Assembly: GCF_050295395.1 (NCBI RefSeq)
Contig: NZ_JBNKPP010000092.1
Span: 21,654 to 85,653, forward strand
Source: Agarivorans sp.
GTDB lineage: Bacteria; Pseudomonadota; Gammaproteobacteria; Enterobacterales; Celerinatantimonadaceae
Reading direction: 5' to 3'
Length of the DNA: 64,000 nt
The notes under the pieces were generated by a model that made no database searches, was not told the origin of the DNA, and saw nothing but the letters and a program-made list of their open reading frames with translations. Shown in pieces: positions 9,685 through 19,977 of the stretch (position 1 is its first letter; every line of letters begins with the position of its first letter). A program made the position numbers and the translations under genes.

Positions 9685-11220
9685 ATGCTTTTGCGCCTTA
9701 GCCATCGCTTTTTGTTTACCATGCTTAGTGTGGGTATGCAGATAGTCAGTTTTGCTAGTTACGCTCTTGACCAGAGTTTGAACATCACCATACCTCCCTT
9801 AAAAACTGTCAGTGAAGTACATTATTTTGTACTGCCAATTGGCAATTCGACTATTTCCGAGCAGCAAGGCTTTCAGCTTGAACAAGGCTCCAAGTCACTG
9901 ACTTTTCGCGCCAGCGCGCATTTGTTTTGGCCCAATACCAGTGAGCCGCGTTATTATCGGGCGGTGTTATTTGCAGTGGAAGGGCTACGCGCAGGGCCAT
10001 TGACCTTGAGTTGGGGAGAGGACAAGCTTAAGCCTAGGGAAAAGTTATTTGCTGACCCAAACTGGTTAATCGACGTAGAGCTACCCGAAGCGTGGTTAAA
10101 CCTCGCGCTATACTCACCAGTGATTTACCAGCCAAATAATCTTGAATGGGGCTGGTTTGATAAAGCGCACTGGCGCTATGCGAGTTTTAGCGCCGATGAA
10201 AGCTTAATTGCACAACAGCACAAACCCAAAGATCCAACTAAAAAGGCCACTTTGCCTAGTACCAGTGCTTCGCCGTGGTTGTTTGATAGGCCATATAACT
10301 TTTACCAACTGTATTTTAAAAGCGGCGACTTGCATTGGAAGCGCGTAGCTCACCAACAGGCTCAGTTTTTTATCAGCAAACTCGATCGACAGGGTGACTT
10401 CACTTTAAAGGGACGGGCAGACTTAAAATACATGTTAAGTGCGGGTTTATTGCTGGATTACCTATTTTACCCTTCACCGCAGACTCGAGAAGCTATCGAA
10501 AAAATGACCGCTAAAGGTTTGGCTTGGCCCGAGCGCTATTCTTCGCGCCTAGGTTTTTGGACCGAGCGTCATCTATCTTCCGCTTTTAATTTAGCGGTAA
10601 ACCAATGGGAACTGGATGGCAGTGCTAGCGCGCATGCGCGAGTGCAGCAGTTACTAGAGGGAATTAAAGCAGACTTAAAGGTAAACCAAGCTGGCTCGGG
10701 AGCCTGCATTCAACATCGCCTAAAGGTGCATACCGGTAAGAATAGTGAGGTGATGGTGTGCTCGCCCTGGATGAGTGCATTATTGGTGGAGCAGTTGTGG
10801 CGTTATTATTGGATAACCAAAGATGTCACAGTAGCAATGATGATTATCGATTTTGCTGAGCTGTTGTTAGAGCGTGGCATTTATACTGTAGAGCATAAGG
10901 GGACGACCTTATATATACCTGATTACTTGGTGTATTTTGGTGAGTCTATTTTTCAAGAGCGCAACTCTTGGAATGACCGACAACACGGTTGCGATGTGGC
11001 TGGCATGGTTTATAAAGCGGTGCATCTTAAACGCCAGCGTCAGCAGGATGACTTATTACTAAGCCTGTTGGCCGACGAGCTGTTTAATACCTGTCACCGA
11101 ACTGCCTATCAACCTGGTAGCAGGGCAGAGGCTAATCCTGCGTGGGCATTAAAGCCCCTCAGAAAATTCAACTGGTGGTTTACCGGAAATGGTTCTCTAA
11201 CTTGGATCTTGCAGCAATGA
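9685..11220 (+). CDS. Secreted hypothetical protein, helical C-terminal domain (possible polysaccharide lyase/hydrolase)
   Basis: AAGGAG RBS; signal-peptide-like N-terminus ending ASYA; Trp/Tyr/His-rich helical C-terminal part. Confidence 0.5.
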   Translation: MLLRLSHRFLFTMLSVGMQIVSFASYALDQSLNITIPPLKTVSEVHYFVLPIGNSTISEQQGFQLEQGSKSLTFRASAHLFWPNTSEPRYYRAVLFAVEGLRAGPLTLSWGEDKLKPREKLFADPNWLIDVELPEAWLNLALYSPVIYQPNNLEWGWFDKAHWRYASFSADESLIAQQHKPKDPTKKATLPSTSASPWLFDRPYNFYQLYFKSGDLHWKRVAHQQAQFFISKLDRQGDFTLKGRADLKYMLSAGLLLDYLFYPSPQTREAIEKMTAKGLAWPERYSSRLGFWTERHLSSAFNLAVNQWELDGSASAHARVQQLLEGIKADLKVNQAGSGACIQHRLKVHTGKNSEVMVCSPWMSALLVEQLWRYYWITKDVTVAMMIIDFAELLLERGIYTVEHKGTTLYIPDYLVYFGESIFQERNSWNDRQHGCDVAGMVYKAVHLKRQRQQDDLLLSLLADELFNTCHRTAYQPGSRAEANPAWALKPLRKFNWWFTGNGSLTWILQQ

Positions 11221-12645
11221 AGGACTGCTAGCGTAGCGTTGAAGTTGCTCGGTTAGAGCATTTTTTGCAGCTTGGCAATCTTGCTCTAAACACAGGCTGG
11301 AGCCCGCTAAAATGGCGCTTTTACGTTGACCTCTGAGTACTTCTATAAAACGTTGGTTTTTTAATTGTGAGCGATTAGCGGCTAAGCCTGCGCTGTTAGC
11401 GTACGCATAGGCGAGTAGCGCTGGACGGTTGCTAGACGCGCGAAAGTAAACGTAATTAATGTTTTCTTCAACCATGGTTTTGTTGACATGTAAAGACTCC
11501 GGAACTACCTCATTTAAATAATATGAAGCTTTGTTATCTAAGCCTAAGCCACTGAAGCGATATAGCCATAACTGTAATTGCAGCTCTTCTGTTTGGAGCT
11601 GTTGCTGCTCAAGACTTTGATACTTGTCGACTAACAGAGTCGGGTGTATTTGGCTAGTGAGCTGCGCTGGAGGCTGATTAAGTTTATCTGCATCCAAGTT
11701 CGGCCAATCGATCATGCTTGGAGAGAAAATAACTAGGGCCAATAATACAAAAGCCACATTACGGGGAGTGGGTGAAGAGGAAGGGGCGACACTGCTCAAC
11801 TTAGACGTCGTGGGCGCATCACTGAGTTTGGCTCCCAAATAGAAAGCCAAAACTAAATAAGGAATATACAGATACCAGCCAAGGTCGTTATGGTCGTAGA
11901 TGAGCTCACTTTGCATTTGTGTTTCGTGACCGATCAAAATAATCACTATGATGCGTATCCAGTTAACTACCAGCGCACCCGCGAGACCTACCACCAAAAA
12001 CAGTATCGCTTTCTTGAGGTTGCGAATATTAAAATAGATATACAGTAGGCAGAGAAATAGTGAGGTGATGAAATAACGTAAACCGCTGCAGCCGTTGGCT
12101 ATCTCGAATTGTCCGGAAGGAATAGACACCACGTTGCCTTCAAAATAGCTGGGGACATGGGTATAGGACATTACCAGCTCTACCATGTTAGTGGATAAAT
12201 GCTGTAATGGTGGCGAGAGTACACCCCAAATGGGCGTGGCAAATATCATCACCAAAGAATAAACATAAAGGCTGAATCTATGTTTGAAGATACTCAGTAG
12301 GCTAAACAGTAAAATAAACGGTAGCAGCGCCCGTGTAGGAAGGCTGAATTGGGCTAGGTAAAATAGTAGTTCTAAGGCGAGACAGATAATCAGTAAAGCT
12401 AGCCATATACTTGAGCTTTGGCGAAATTGCAGCTGTTTACGGCAATCGTAAAGCACATAAACAGCCACCAAAGGGATCAAAAAGGCGTGCGAGTAGGTGC
12501 CGTCATCAAAGCTATAGCGCCAAATATCTAATACTACTGGCCAAAATAAGCCTAGTAGAATAGCCGTAACTAAAATCGCCGCAGCCATTTCGATTAAGCC
12601 GCTACGGGTTTTGCTTGGTTCTTCAGTGGCTGACGCTGAACCCAA
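11197..12645 (-). CDS. xrtA: Exosortase A (EpsH family) with C-terminal EpsI-like extension
   Basis: YSHAFLIP, catalytic Cys (ANGCSGLRY), Arg (VNWIRI), His (DHNDLGW); multi-TM; start could be TTG 12645 or ATG 12588. Confidence 0.85.
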   Translation of the reverse strand: MGSASATEEPSKTRSGLIEMAAAILVTAILLGLFWPVVLDIWRYSFDDGTYSHAFLIPLVAVYVLYDCRKQLQFRQSSSIWLALLIICLALELLFYLAQFSLPTRALLPFILLFSLLSIFKHRFSLYVYSLVMIFATPIWGVLSPPLQHLSTNMVELVMSYTHVPSYFEGNVVSIPSGQFEIANGCSGLRYFITSLFLCLLYIYFNIRNLKKAILFLVVGLAGALVVNWIRIIVIILIGHETQMQSELIYDHNDLGWYLYIPYLVLAFYLGAKLSDAPTTSKLSSVAPSSSPTPRNVAFVLLALVIFSPSMIDWPNLDADKLNQPPAQLTSQIHPTLLVDKYQSLEQQQLQTEELQLQLWLYRFSGLGLDNKASYYLNEVVPESLHVNKTMVEENINYVYFRASSNRPALLAYAYANSAGLAANRSQLKNQRFIEVLRGQRKSAILAGSSLCLEQDCQAAKNALTEQLQRYASSPSLLQDPS

Positions 12646-12648
12646 GGA

Positions 12649-14052
12649 TTAGCGTCCTTTGCCAAATAGAATGATTTCGGCGGTGCGCACTAAAATCAGC
12701 AGGTCGAGTAAGAAGCTACGGTGTTTAATATAATACAGGTCAAACTTGAGTTTCTCTAAGGCATCCGCTTCGGTACTACCATAGGGATATTTAAGTTGTG
12801 CCCAGCCAGTTAAACCTGGTTTTACGTTGTGGCGTTGATTGTAATAAGGGATCGATAGCACCAATTCTTTCACAAAAGCAGGGCGTTCTGGTCTTGGGCC
12901 AACAAAGCCCATATCGCCCACCAGTACATTATAAATTTGTGGTAATTCGTCAACTCGGTATTTACGAATGAAGTTGCCCACCCGAGTTACTCGAGGATCT
13001 TTCTCTTGAGCCCATTTGGCACCATCTTTTTCTGCGTCGGTGCGCATCGAGCGAAACTTGTAAATATTAAAAGGCTGGCCGTTTAAACCGATGCGTTCTT
13101 GGGAATATAGAACTGGTGCTCTAATACCTTCCTCAAGCTTAATCATCAGTACGGTAATTAACATAAGCGGCCAAGTCAGGGCTAATACGATGAGTCCTAA
13201 GAGAGTGTTGCATATCCAGTCTAAAGAGCTTCTGAGATAGTTAGTGGAATGAAACCCGTTACTGTAAATCACCCAAGAAGGGTAAATGAGGTTCACAGCT
13301 ATTTGGCCAGACTCTCGCTCAATGAAGTCGATAATATCGGTAATTTCAACGCCACGTAATTTACATAAAAATAAGCTATCTACGGGAAGGTTAGCGCGGC
13401 GTTCATCGGCGGCAATAACGATCTCTTCTACGCCATGCGCCAGCACAAAGGACTCTAAAGGTTGGTCTAACTCAATAATAGTTTCGCGTTTAATACCATC
13501 TTCTGAATCACCCTGCATTCTAACAAACCCTGCCATTTCAAAACTGACACGATCTGATTTGCGACGCATCCGTTTTTCAATAATGCTGGCTCTCTCTCCG
13601 GCACCTAAAACTAAAATACGTTTGCGCCCAAGATGTTCGTAGCGCATCTTCAAGGCAAAGTAACGCACGGTGGTTAAACCAAGCATTACCGTGGCATAAA
13701 GCACTTCTCGAAAGTTGCCTGGAAATACGTTAAGAGGCGACAACACATAAACCACTGAGGAGATAAAGTAGCCTAAAGCCACACTGACCAATAAGCGGCG
13801 AATTACTCCGCGAAAGGTTTCTCGGATTTTCTGGTTGTATAGGCCAACTGACAATATTGACAGTTGTATGGGGAAAATAAATAGCGCACAGTGCAGTAGT
13901 AAGATGCCTTCGCCGTAGTTGGGAATATTTTCAAAGCCGGTGAAACGAAGTAGTTCCACGCCAATCACAAATATTCCAATAAGCAACAAAAATTCGGCAA
14001 GAATGATTGCTCTACTACCAGGATCTAGATTGTGAAATTTCGAACCAGCCAC
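12649..14052 (-). CDS. Priming sugar transferase, PEP-CTERM/XrtA system-associated
   Basis: C-terminal bacterial sugar transferase domain (KFRSM, DELPQ, GPRPERP, KPGLTGWAQ); likely GTG start at 14052 after AAGGAAG. Confidence 0.9.
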   Translation of the reverse strand: MAGSKFHNLDPGSRAIILAEFLLLIGIFVIGVELLRFTGFENIPNYGEGILLLHCALFIFPIQLSILSVGLYNQKIRETFRGVIRRLLVSVALGYFISSVVYVLSPLNVFPGNFREVLYATVMLGLTTVRYFALKMRYEHLGRKRILVLGAGERASIIEKRMRRKSDRVSFEMAGFVRMQGDSEDGIKRETIIELDQPLESFVLAHGVEEIVIAADERRANLPVDSLFLCKLRGVEITDIIDFIERESGQIAVNLIYPSWVIYSNGFHSTNYLRSSLDWICNTLLGLIVLALTWPLMLITVLMIKLEEGIRAPVLYSQERIGLNGQPFNIYKFRSMRTDAEKDGAKWAQEKDPRVTRVGNFIRKYRVDELPQIYNVLVGDMGFVGPRPERPAFVKELVLSIPYYNQRHNVKPGLTGWAQLKYPYGSTEADALEKLKFDLYYIKHRSFLLDLLILVRTAEIILFGKGR

Positions 14053-14335
14053 GCTTCTTCCTTGAAACAGATTGTTAAATTCTAATAGTAAGGTTCCCAA
14101 GTATAGCGAGATTTCAGGTCAGTGACACTAAAAATACAAGCAACTTGCGCCCTTCCAGTAAAGCTTGAGAATGTTACCTTACCATTACATTTCTGTCACA
14201 CCGAAGATAAATGTCAATATATTTAAACTATTTAGCCCTAGAGATTTACAACATGCGCGCTAGCGCACTATCATGGGAAAAAGGACTAGTTAAATCAATT
14301 TTATTTGGTGAACTTTCAGCGTAATGGACAGTGCT

Positions 14336-14977
14336 ATGAAAAAACTTAATACAGTGGTAATTAAATTACTCGCGGTTATGGCGATAGGGCTTTTCCTAAC
14401 CGCATGCTCCAATTCTTTATCAACCCTACCCAGTGCGTCAATCCATCCTTCTTTAACTAAAGACCCGGCAGATTATCAATATTTGATTGGTCCGGGCGAT
14501 CAGTTAAATATCTTTGTTTGGCGCAACCCTGAAATCTCCGGCACCTTTTTGGTGAGACCCGATGGCATGGTTTCTACCTCATTGGTTGAAGACTTAAAGG
14601 TTTCCGGTAAAACGCCTACCCAGTTAGCGCGTTTGATCGAATCAGAGTTATCCGAGTTTATTCGTGACCCCATCGTGACGGTGACAGTCGCTGGTTTTGT
14701 TGGCCCCTTCAGCGAACAAGTTAGGGTGATTGGCGAAGCCTTTGAACCGCAAGCGATTAACTACCGTGAAGATATGACCTTGTTAGATGTAATGATTCAA
14801 GTTGGTGGCTTAACCGAATTCGCCGATGGGGATAATGCTCGCTTGGTTCGTGTAGTTGGAGGTGAGCAACGTTCTTATAAAATTTTAGTTGGAAAGTTAA
14901 TTCAAGACGGTGAGATTGAAGCCAACGTGGATGTTCTTCCAGGTGATATTATCATTATCCCAGAAGCGTGGTTTTAG
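14336..14977 (+). CDS. Polysaccharide export lipoprotein (Wza-like), XrtA system
   Basis: Lipobox FLTAC; YLIGPGDQL, VRPDG, SLBB region; alternative ATG at 14324. Confidence 0.9.
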   Translation: MKKLNTVVIKLLAVMAIGLFLTACSNSLSTLPSASIHPSLTKDPADYQYLIGPGDQLNIFVWRNPEISGTFLVRPDGMVSTSLVEDLKVSGKTPTQLARLIESELSEFIRDPIVTVTVAGFVGPFSEQVRVIGEAFEPQAINYREDMTLLDVMIQVGGLTEFADGDNARLVRVVGGEQRSYKILVGKLIQDGEIEANVDVLPGDIIIIPEAWF

Positions 14978-14994
14978 TCGGAGTACTGATTTAG

Positions 14995-16551
14995 ATGCAA
15001 GATTTAATAGAGGATTTCCTGCAGTACCTCCGCGGAATATGGTTAAAGCGCCGTTATATATTGCTGGCTCTTTGGATTATTTGCCCGATTGGTTGGATAG
15101 CTGTCACCCTGCTGCCCAACCAATATACAGCCGAGGCTCGCGTTTATGCAGATACTCGCTCTTTGCTACAACCCCTATTAAAGGGGTTGGCGCTCCAGAC
15201 TGATCCAAGTCAGGAATTAGCGATGATGGTGAAGACCTTACTGAGTCGCGGCAATTTAGAAAAAATAGCCCGAGCCAGTGATGCAGATGTGAGAGTCAAC
15301 AACAGCGCAGAGTATGATGAGTTGCTCGACTCACTTAAAGAAACCATAGAAATCGATAAAACTCGTAGAGAGAATTTGTACACCATTACTTTTAGTGGTG
15401 ACTCTCCACAGTATGTGCGTGATGTAGTGCAAGCTGCCTTAGATGTATTTGTTGAAAATACCCTTGGGGAAAAACGACAAGATACAGATACTGCCAATTC
15501 TTTTATTAATCAGCAAATACAAGAGTATGAAACCCGTCTGATCGAGGCGGAAAAACGCCTAGCCTCATTTAAGCAAGAGTACACGGAGTTTCTACCAGGT
15601 AAAGAAACCACTTATTACAGTAACTTGGAATCGGTAAAAAAGCAGTTAGAAGAAACTCGTTTGCAGCTCAGTGAGGCCGAGACAAAGCTTACTTCTGCCC
15701 GAGCCCAACTCGCTAGCGAAGAGGCTTTAGCTTCTCAGCAAACGGCTAGGGTGCGCACCGAATTTGATGACCGTATTGTGGCGATGCAAACTCGTTTAGA
15801 TGACTTGTTATTACGTTATACCGAACGCCATCCAGATGTTATTGAGGTGAAGCGTCAAATTGCCTCATTACAACGGCAAAAAGATAATGCCTTGGTCAAT
15901 GTGAGGACTCCAGCGGCTATAGCCTCCGAGTCGGTGATTTATCAAGATCTTAAGATCACGGTAAGCCAATTAGAGAATGAAGTGGCTTCGCTTAAGGTGC
16001 GAGAGCAACGTCACCAAGAAAAAGTCGACAGTCTAGAACAACGCTTGCGTCAGGTACCTGATGTTGAGGCCAAATTGACTGGCTTAAATCGTAATTACGA
16101 GATCACTAAATCTAAATATGAAGATTTATTGTCACGTAGAGAAAGCGCCTTGATCTCTCAAAGCGCCGGTAAAACCACGGATGACATTAAATTTAGGGTC
16201 ATTGATGCTCCACGAGTGCCGCTTGAGCCTTCTGGGCCAAGACGACCATTGTTAATTGCTGGTGTGTTGATTTTAGCGCTGGGTATTGGGATTGGCCTAT
16301 CGTTTGTATTTAGTCAGATCAATCCAGCAGTGTCGAGTATTCAACAGCTTTATCAACAAACGGGCTTTCCTGTTTTCGGCGTGGTGTCGGCTACTCAGAG
16401 CTCTGGTTTGGCAAAAATTGAGAAGCGAAAAATGCGGATATTTGTATTGTCAAATGCCGTGTTGTTGTGTGGTTTTATTGGTTTTATGGTGATTAACCTG
16501 CTACCCAATTTACACAGTAAAATTATTTTAGGCTTAGGTGGATTGCTATGA
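14995..16551 (+). CDS. Polysaccharide chain-length determinant (Wzc N-terminal/PCP), XrtA system
   Basis: Two TM segments flanking a long periplasmic coiled coil; YTERHPDV motif. Confidence 0.88.
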   Translation: MQDLIEDFLQYLRGIWLKRRYILLALWIICPIGWIAVTLLPNQYTAEARVYADTRSLLQPLLKGLALQTDPSQELAMMVKTLLSRGNLEKIARASDADVRVNNSAEYDELLDSLKETIEIDKTRRENLYTITFSGDSPQYVRDVVQAALDVFVENTLGEKRQDTDTANSFINQQIQEYETRLIEAEKRLASFKQEYTEFLPGKETTYYSNLESVKKQLEETRLQLSEAETKLTSARAQLASEEALASQQTARVRTEFDDRIVAMQTRLDDLLLRYTERHPDVIEVKRQIASLQRQKDNALVNVRTPAAIASESVIYQDLKITVSQLENEVASLKVREQRHQEKVDSLEQRLRQVPDVEAKLTGLNRNYEITKSKYEDLLSRRESALISQSAGKTTDDIKFRVIDAPRVPLEPSGPRRPLLIAGVLILALGIGIGLSFVFSQINPAVSSIQQLYQQTGFPVFGVVSATQSSGLAKIEKRKMRIFVLSNAVLLCGFIGFMVINLLPNLHSKIILGLGGLL

Positions 16552-17426
16552 GTACGATTGAAAAAGCCATGGGCAAGCTTGCTCAGCAAGCGCAGGCAAA
16601 AGAAAAGCCACCAGAGACTACTGCACAAAGCCAGCAAGCCAATTCCTCTAGCGTTTCAGAGAAAGATAAGCCCATTCTGCAAATTGATTCTGCGGTGCTG
16701 AAGCGTTTAGGCATGTTGTCGGATATTCGTTCTCGAGAGACTCGGGTATTGAGTGACGAATACCGTAGCATTAAGCGCAAATTATTGAAAAATGCTTTTG
16801 AGCCAGGCCTGATTCCGCAGGATAAAAGCAACTTGATTATGGTCACTAGTGCCAATCCCGGCGAGGGCAAAACCTTTACCTCGATTAATTTAGCCTTGAG
16901 TCTTGCTTTGGAAAAAGACAAAACCGTATTGTTAATTGACTCCGATGTGCTCAAACCCACGGTGAGCAAAACTTTGGGAATTGGTCAGCATATGGGCTTA
17001 ATGGAATATTTGTTAGGCGAAACTGACGATGTAGCTGATGTTATTTACCATACAAATATTCCCAATTTGCGCATTATGCCCGCAGGCATGCCTCACCATT
17101 TAAGTAATGAATTATTGGCCAGCGATAAAATGCGCGCCTTAACAGAAGAACTAAATAGCCGCTATTCTGACCGAGTGGTGCTGTTTGATAGCCCTCCAGT
17201 TTTAGGCGTCAATGAAACAGTGGTGTTGTCCAACTTTGTCGGTCAAGCTGTGGTAGTGGTTGAACAAGATAAAACTAAATTGGCGGCGATTAAATCGGCG
17301 GTACAGCAGTTTGGTGAAGAGCTGGCAATTGGTTATGTATTGAATAAAGCGGTGCATGGGAAAACAGGAACCTACGGATATGGCTACGGATATGGCTACG
17401 GATATGAGGAAGAACGCAGCGCCTAG
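16548..17426 (+). CDS. Stand-alone bacterial tyrosine (BY) kinase, XrtA system
   Basis: Walker A SANPGEGKT, A' IDSD, Walker B FDSPP, C-terminal Tyr cluster YGYGYGYGYGY. Confidence 0.9.
   Translation: MSTIEKAMGKLAQQAQAKEKPPETTAQSQQANSSSVSEKDKPILQIDSAVLKRLGMLSDIRSRETRVLSDEYRSIKRKLLKNAFEPGLIPQDKSNLIMVTSANPGEGKTFTSINLALSLALEKDKTVLLIDSDVLKPTVSKTLGIGQHMGLMEYLLGETDDVADVIYHTNIPNLRIMPAGMPHHLSNELLASDKMRALTEELNSRYSDRVVLFDSPPVLGVNETVVLSNFVGQAVVVVEQDKTKLAAIKSAVQQFGEELAIGYVLNKAVHGKTGTYGYGYGYGYGYEEERSA
17373..17406 (+). repeat. 12-bp tandem repeat (TACGGATATGGC x2.8) encoding the kinase Tyr-Gly tail
   Basis: TACGGATATGGC TACGGATATGGC TACGGATATG read directly. Confidence 0.95.
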
Positions 17427-18867
17427 GTTTTTTGTTGCGCTTGTTATTACTGTTGGGGGGCTTTTTTCGGCTCAGGCCGCGGATGTGGAGTTTAGCCCTA
17501 AAGTTGATTTAGAAGCTATCTATACGGATAACGCTGAACTTACCGAGACAAACAAAGAGTCCGGCGAAATCGGTATTATTTCTGCTGGCTTTGTTACAGA
17601 TGTACTGGGCAAAGACGGCGAGCTCTCCTTGAAGTATCGAGCTAGGCAAACTTACCATTCGTATAATTCGGATAAAAACAAGCTTTACCATGAACTTGAT
17701 TTTAACGCCGACAAGAAGCTAGGGCGCTCTGGCTTTAGCGCGGATGTAACGGCCGCTATGGACATATTACCTGCCGACGTGAGTAATAATGCGATTACCG
17801 ATGTGGTGGCGGGTGATCTTATCCAAAGTCGCGAATTAGGCGTAGGTTTTAGCTATCAATCTAATCCACGTAAATGGGTTGATCTTAATGCTCGCGTTTC
17901 CGGTAAATTATATCGTTACGAAGATAACCGAGGAAATAACAACGATTACGATGCCTCATTGGTATTCAAAAATGGCCATAGAGTCAATCAGGTATTTTGG
18001 TTAGTTGATTCCAGCTATATTCGCAGAGAAGCCCGTGACAATAGGCAAGAAACGGAAAGCGTAAAATACAAGGGTGAGTTAGGTCTGCAACAGCGAGCGG
18101 GTTTTAGTCCCTTCATTCGTTACTACGCAGAGAGCTACTTAGAAGGTCTTAGTTCTTCCGCCAAGTTTGGTGAATCAGAAAGTTGGGGACCAGCATTACG
18201 CTATTTTCGTACTAAGCTAAGTTACATTGAGGTAAGCTATAATTTTTCCTTAAATAAAGAGAAAAACGATGATTACGTAGGCGCTGCCATCAATTTAGAG
18301 CCTAATCGTCGCACCAAGTTTTTCTTTGAATACAGCAAACGTTTCTATGGGGATGCCTATGAGTTTATGTTTGCGCATCAAAAACGCCGCATCAGTACCG
18401 ATATTAGTTACCAAGAAGAACCAACCAGCTTTGACCGCCGTTTCTTTGTTGAGGGCGATAATGTAGAAGAACAAAAGTTGGATAAAACTTTCCGTTGGAA
18501 TACGCGCTTGGATCTACGCCGCTCTGCACTCGATTTCGAGTTGCGTCATCAAACTCGAGAAGGTTTACGAGATACTACGGATTTCATTAAAGATACCACC
18601 TACGGCGGCGGTATTAGTTATGACCACAAATTGTCGCGGCAGTTGAGTTTGGCTTTTGCTTTTGACTATGACCACTACAGCTTCGAGAAACTTACCGGAG
18701 CCGAACAAATCGACAAATATAGCCGTTACGACTTGTCTTTAGCGCAAGATCTTATGGAAGGCTTGTTCTTAACCTATCGCTATCAATTTACTCATCGTAG
18801 CTCAAATGTTTCAGGGCGCACTTATGATGAAAACCGAGTTTCAATTAACGCTACTAAGCAGTTTTAA
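17404..18867 (+). CDS. Outer-membrane beta-barrel protein, PEP-CTERM EPS system-associated
   Basis: Signal peptide MRKNAAPRFF...SAQA from ATG 17404; alternating aromatic beta-strands; C-terminal Phe; position between kinase and ATPase. Confidence 0.8.
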   Translation: MRKNAAPRFFVALVITVGGLFSAQAADVEFSPKVDLEAIYTDNAELTETNKESGEIGIISAGFVTDVLGKDGELSLKYRARQTYHSYNSDKNKLYHELDFNADKKLGRSGFSADVTAAMDILPADVSNNAITDVVAGDLIQSRELGVGFSYQSNPRKWVDLNARVSGKLYRYEDNRGNNNDYDASLVFKNGHRVNQVFWLVDSSYIRREARDNRQETESVKYKGELGLQQRAGFSPFIRYYAESYLEGLSSSAKFGESESWGPALRYFRTKLSYIEVSYNFSLNKEKNDDYVGAAINLEPNRRTKFFFEYSKRFYGDAYEFMFAHQKRRISTDISYQEEPTSFDRRFFVEGDNVEEQKLDKTFRWNTRLDLRRSALDFELRHQTREGLRDTTDFIKDTTYGGGISYDHKLSRQLSLAFAFDYDHYSFEKLTGAEQIDKYSRYDLSLAQDLMEGLFLTYRYQFTHRSSNVSGRTYDENRVSINATKQF

Positions 18868-18869
18868 AT

Positions 18870-19925
18870 ATGTATGAGTCTTTTTTCGGGCTAAGTGATA
18901 AGCCATTTAAACTTAGTCCTGATCCTAAATTCTTTTTTGCCAGTCCCCACCATGATCGCGCGGTATCCTATTTACGCTATGGTTTATCGCAAGGGGAAGG
19001 TTTTATTGTGGTTACTGGCCCCATAGGTACCGGAAAGACCACCATTGCACGAAGCTTACTGGCCTCGGTTGATGATTCCATCGTTGCGGCCCAGATTGCT
19101 ACCACTAAATTGAACCCTGATGAGTTAGTTCGTCTGGTGGCGGCTCAATTTAGTATTGATGTTGAAGGGCTCAATAAAGCCGAAATCCTAAAGCGTTTTG
19201 AACAATACTTATTAACTTTAAACAAGCAGGGGAAACGCGCCCTCTTGGTGGTGGATGAAGCGCAAAACTTGCCTGCCGAAACGGTAGAAGAATTACGCAT
19301 GTTGTCTAACTTTCAGCTAAACGATAAGCCGCTATTTCAAAGTTTTTTGTTAGGCCAAGAAGAGTTAAAACCGATTATTGAGTTGCCTGAAATGGAGCAA
19401 TTTCGGCAGCGAATTATTGCTTCTTGTCACCTTAAGCCTTTTGATGCTGAGCAAACTCAAGGCTATATTATCCATCGTCTAAAGCAGGTGGGCTGGCAAG
19501 ACAACCCTAAGCTAGAAGATGATATTTTTGAACAAATCGCCGATTTCACCAAAGGCATCCCTCGTAAGATTAATATTTTTGCTGACCGCTTGTTTTTGTA
19601 CGCTTTCTTGGAGGACTTGCACACCATTACTCAAGCAGATGTGACTGCGGTTATTGAGGAAATGGGCGGAGAGCTTTCTGGTTCACTGCAGGGAACGCCT
19701 GAGCAGCAAGGAGTGAGTGACTTAGATGCCGTGTTGGGACGTCAATATGATGCCCTGCCAAGTGGCTCATCAATGATGAGTGACAGTCATATCAAGGCCG
19801 CGTTACTCGATGTCTCGGGTTATCTAGAAGAAGTGGTATTGCGTAAGATTAAAATTATTCGCTATCTAGATAAAATGATTGAAAAGAAACGCAAAGAGAT
19901 TGTCGAGATGGGTGATAACAGCTAG
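18870..19925 (+). CDS. ExeA-like AAA ATPase, XrtA/PEP-CTERM system
   Basis: MYESFFGL..KPF.LSPDP..FF start, GPIGTGKT, VVDEAQNL, GIPRKIN. Confidence 0.9.
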   Translation: MYESFFGLSDKPFKLSPDPKFFFASPHHDRAVSYLRYGLSQGEGFIVVTGPIGTGKTTIARSLLASVDDSIVAAQIATTKLNPDELVRLVAAQFSIDVEGLNKAEILKRFEQYLLTLNKQGKRALLVVDEAQNLPAETVEELRMLSNFQLNDKPLFQSFLLGQEELKPIIELPEMEQFRQRIIASCHLKPFDAEQTQGYIIHRLKQVGWQDNPKLEDDIFEQIADFTKGIPRKINIFADRLFLYAFLEDLHTITQADVTAVIEEMGGELSGSLQGTPEQQGVSDLDAVLGRQYDALPSGSSMMSDSHIKAALLDVSGYLEEVVLRKIKIIRYLDKMIEKKRKEIVEMGDNS

Positions 19926-19977
19926 GTGCAGGCTTTGCAGCTGCGCTAGCAACTGAGTCAAAAATGGAACAAAGCTT

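Noticed and set aside
13286-13642. Antisense and alternate-frame ORFs within known genes (e.g. 13286-13642, 5907-6215, 16583-16969, 27134-27472, 44470-44739, 54569-54925, 58124-58591, 63472-63894)
   Set aside because: They overlap well-supported genes and have no motifs; treated as shadow ORFs.
14245-14250. TTTACA near the divergent EPS promoters as a possible PrsR enhancer half-site
   Set aside because: Single hexamer in AT-rich DNA, with no partner half-site and no correctly spaced sigma54 promoter nearby.
17356-17403. N-terminal MGKQEPTDMATDMATD extension of the barrel protein in the ORF track
   Set aside because: Produced by reading the kinase YG repeat in another frame; the signal peptide starts at ATG 17404.
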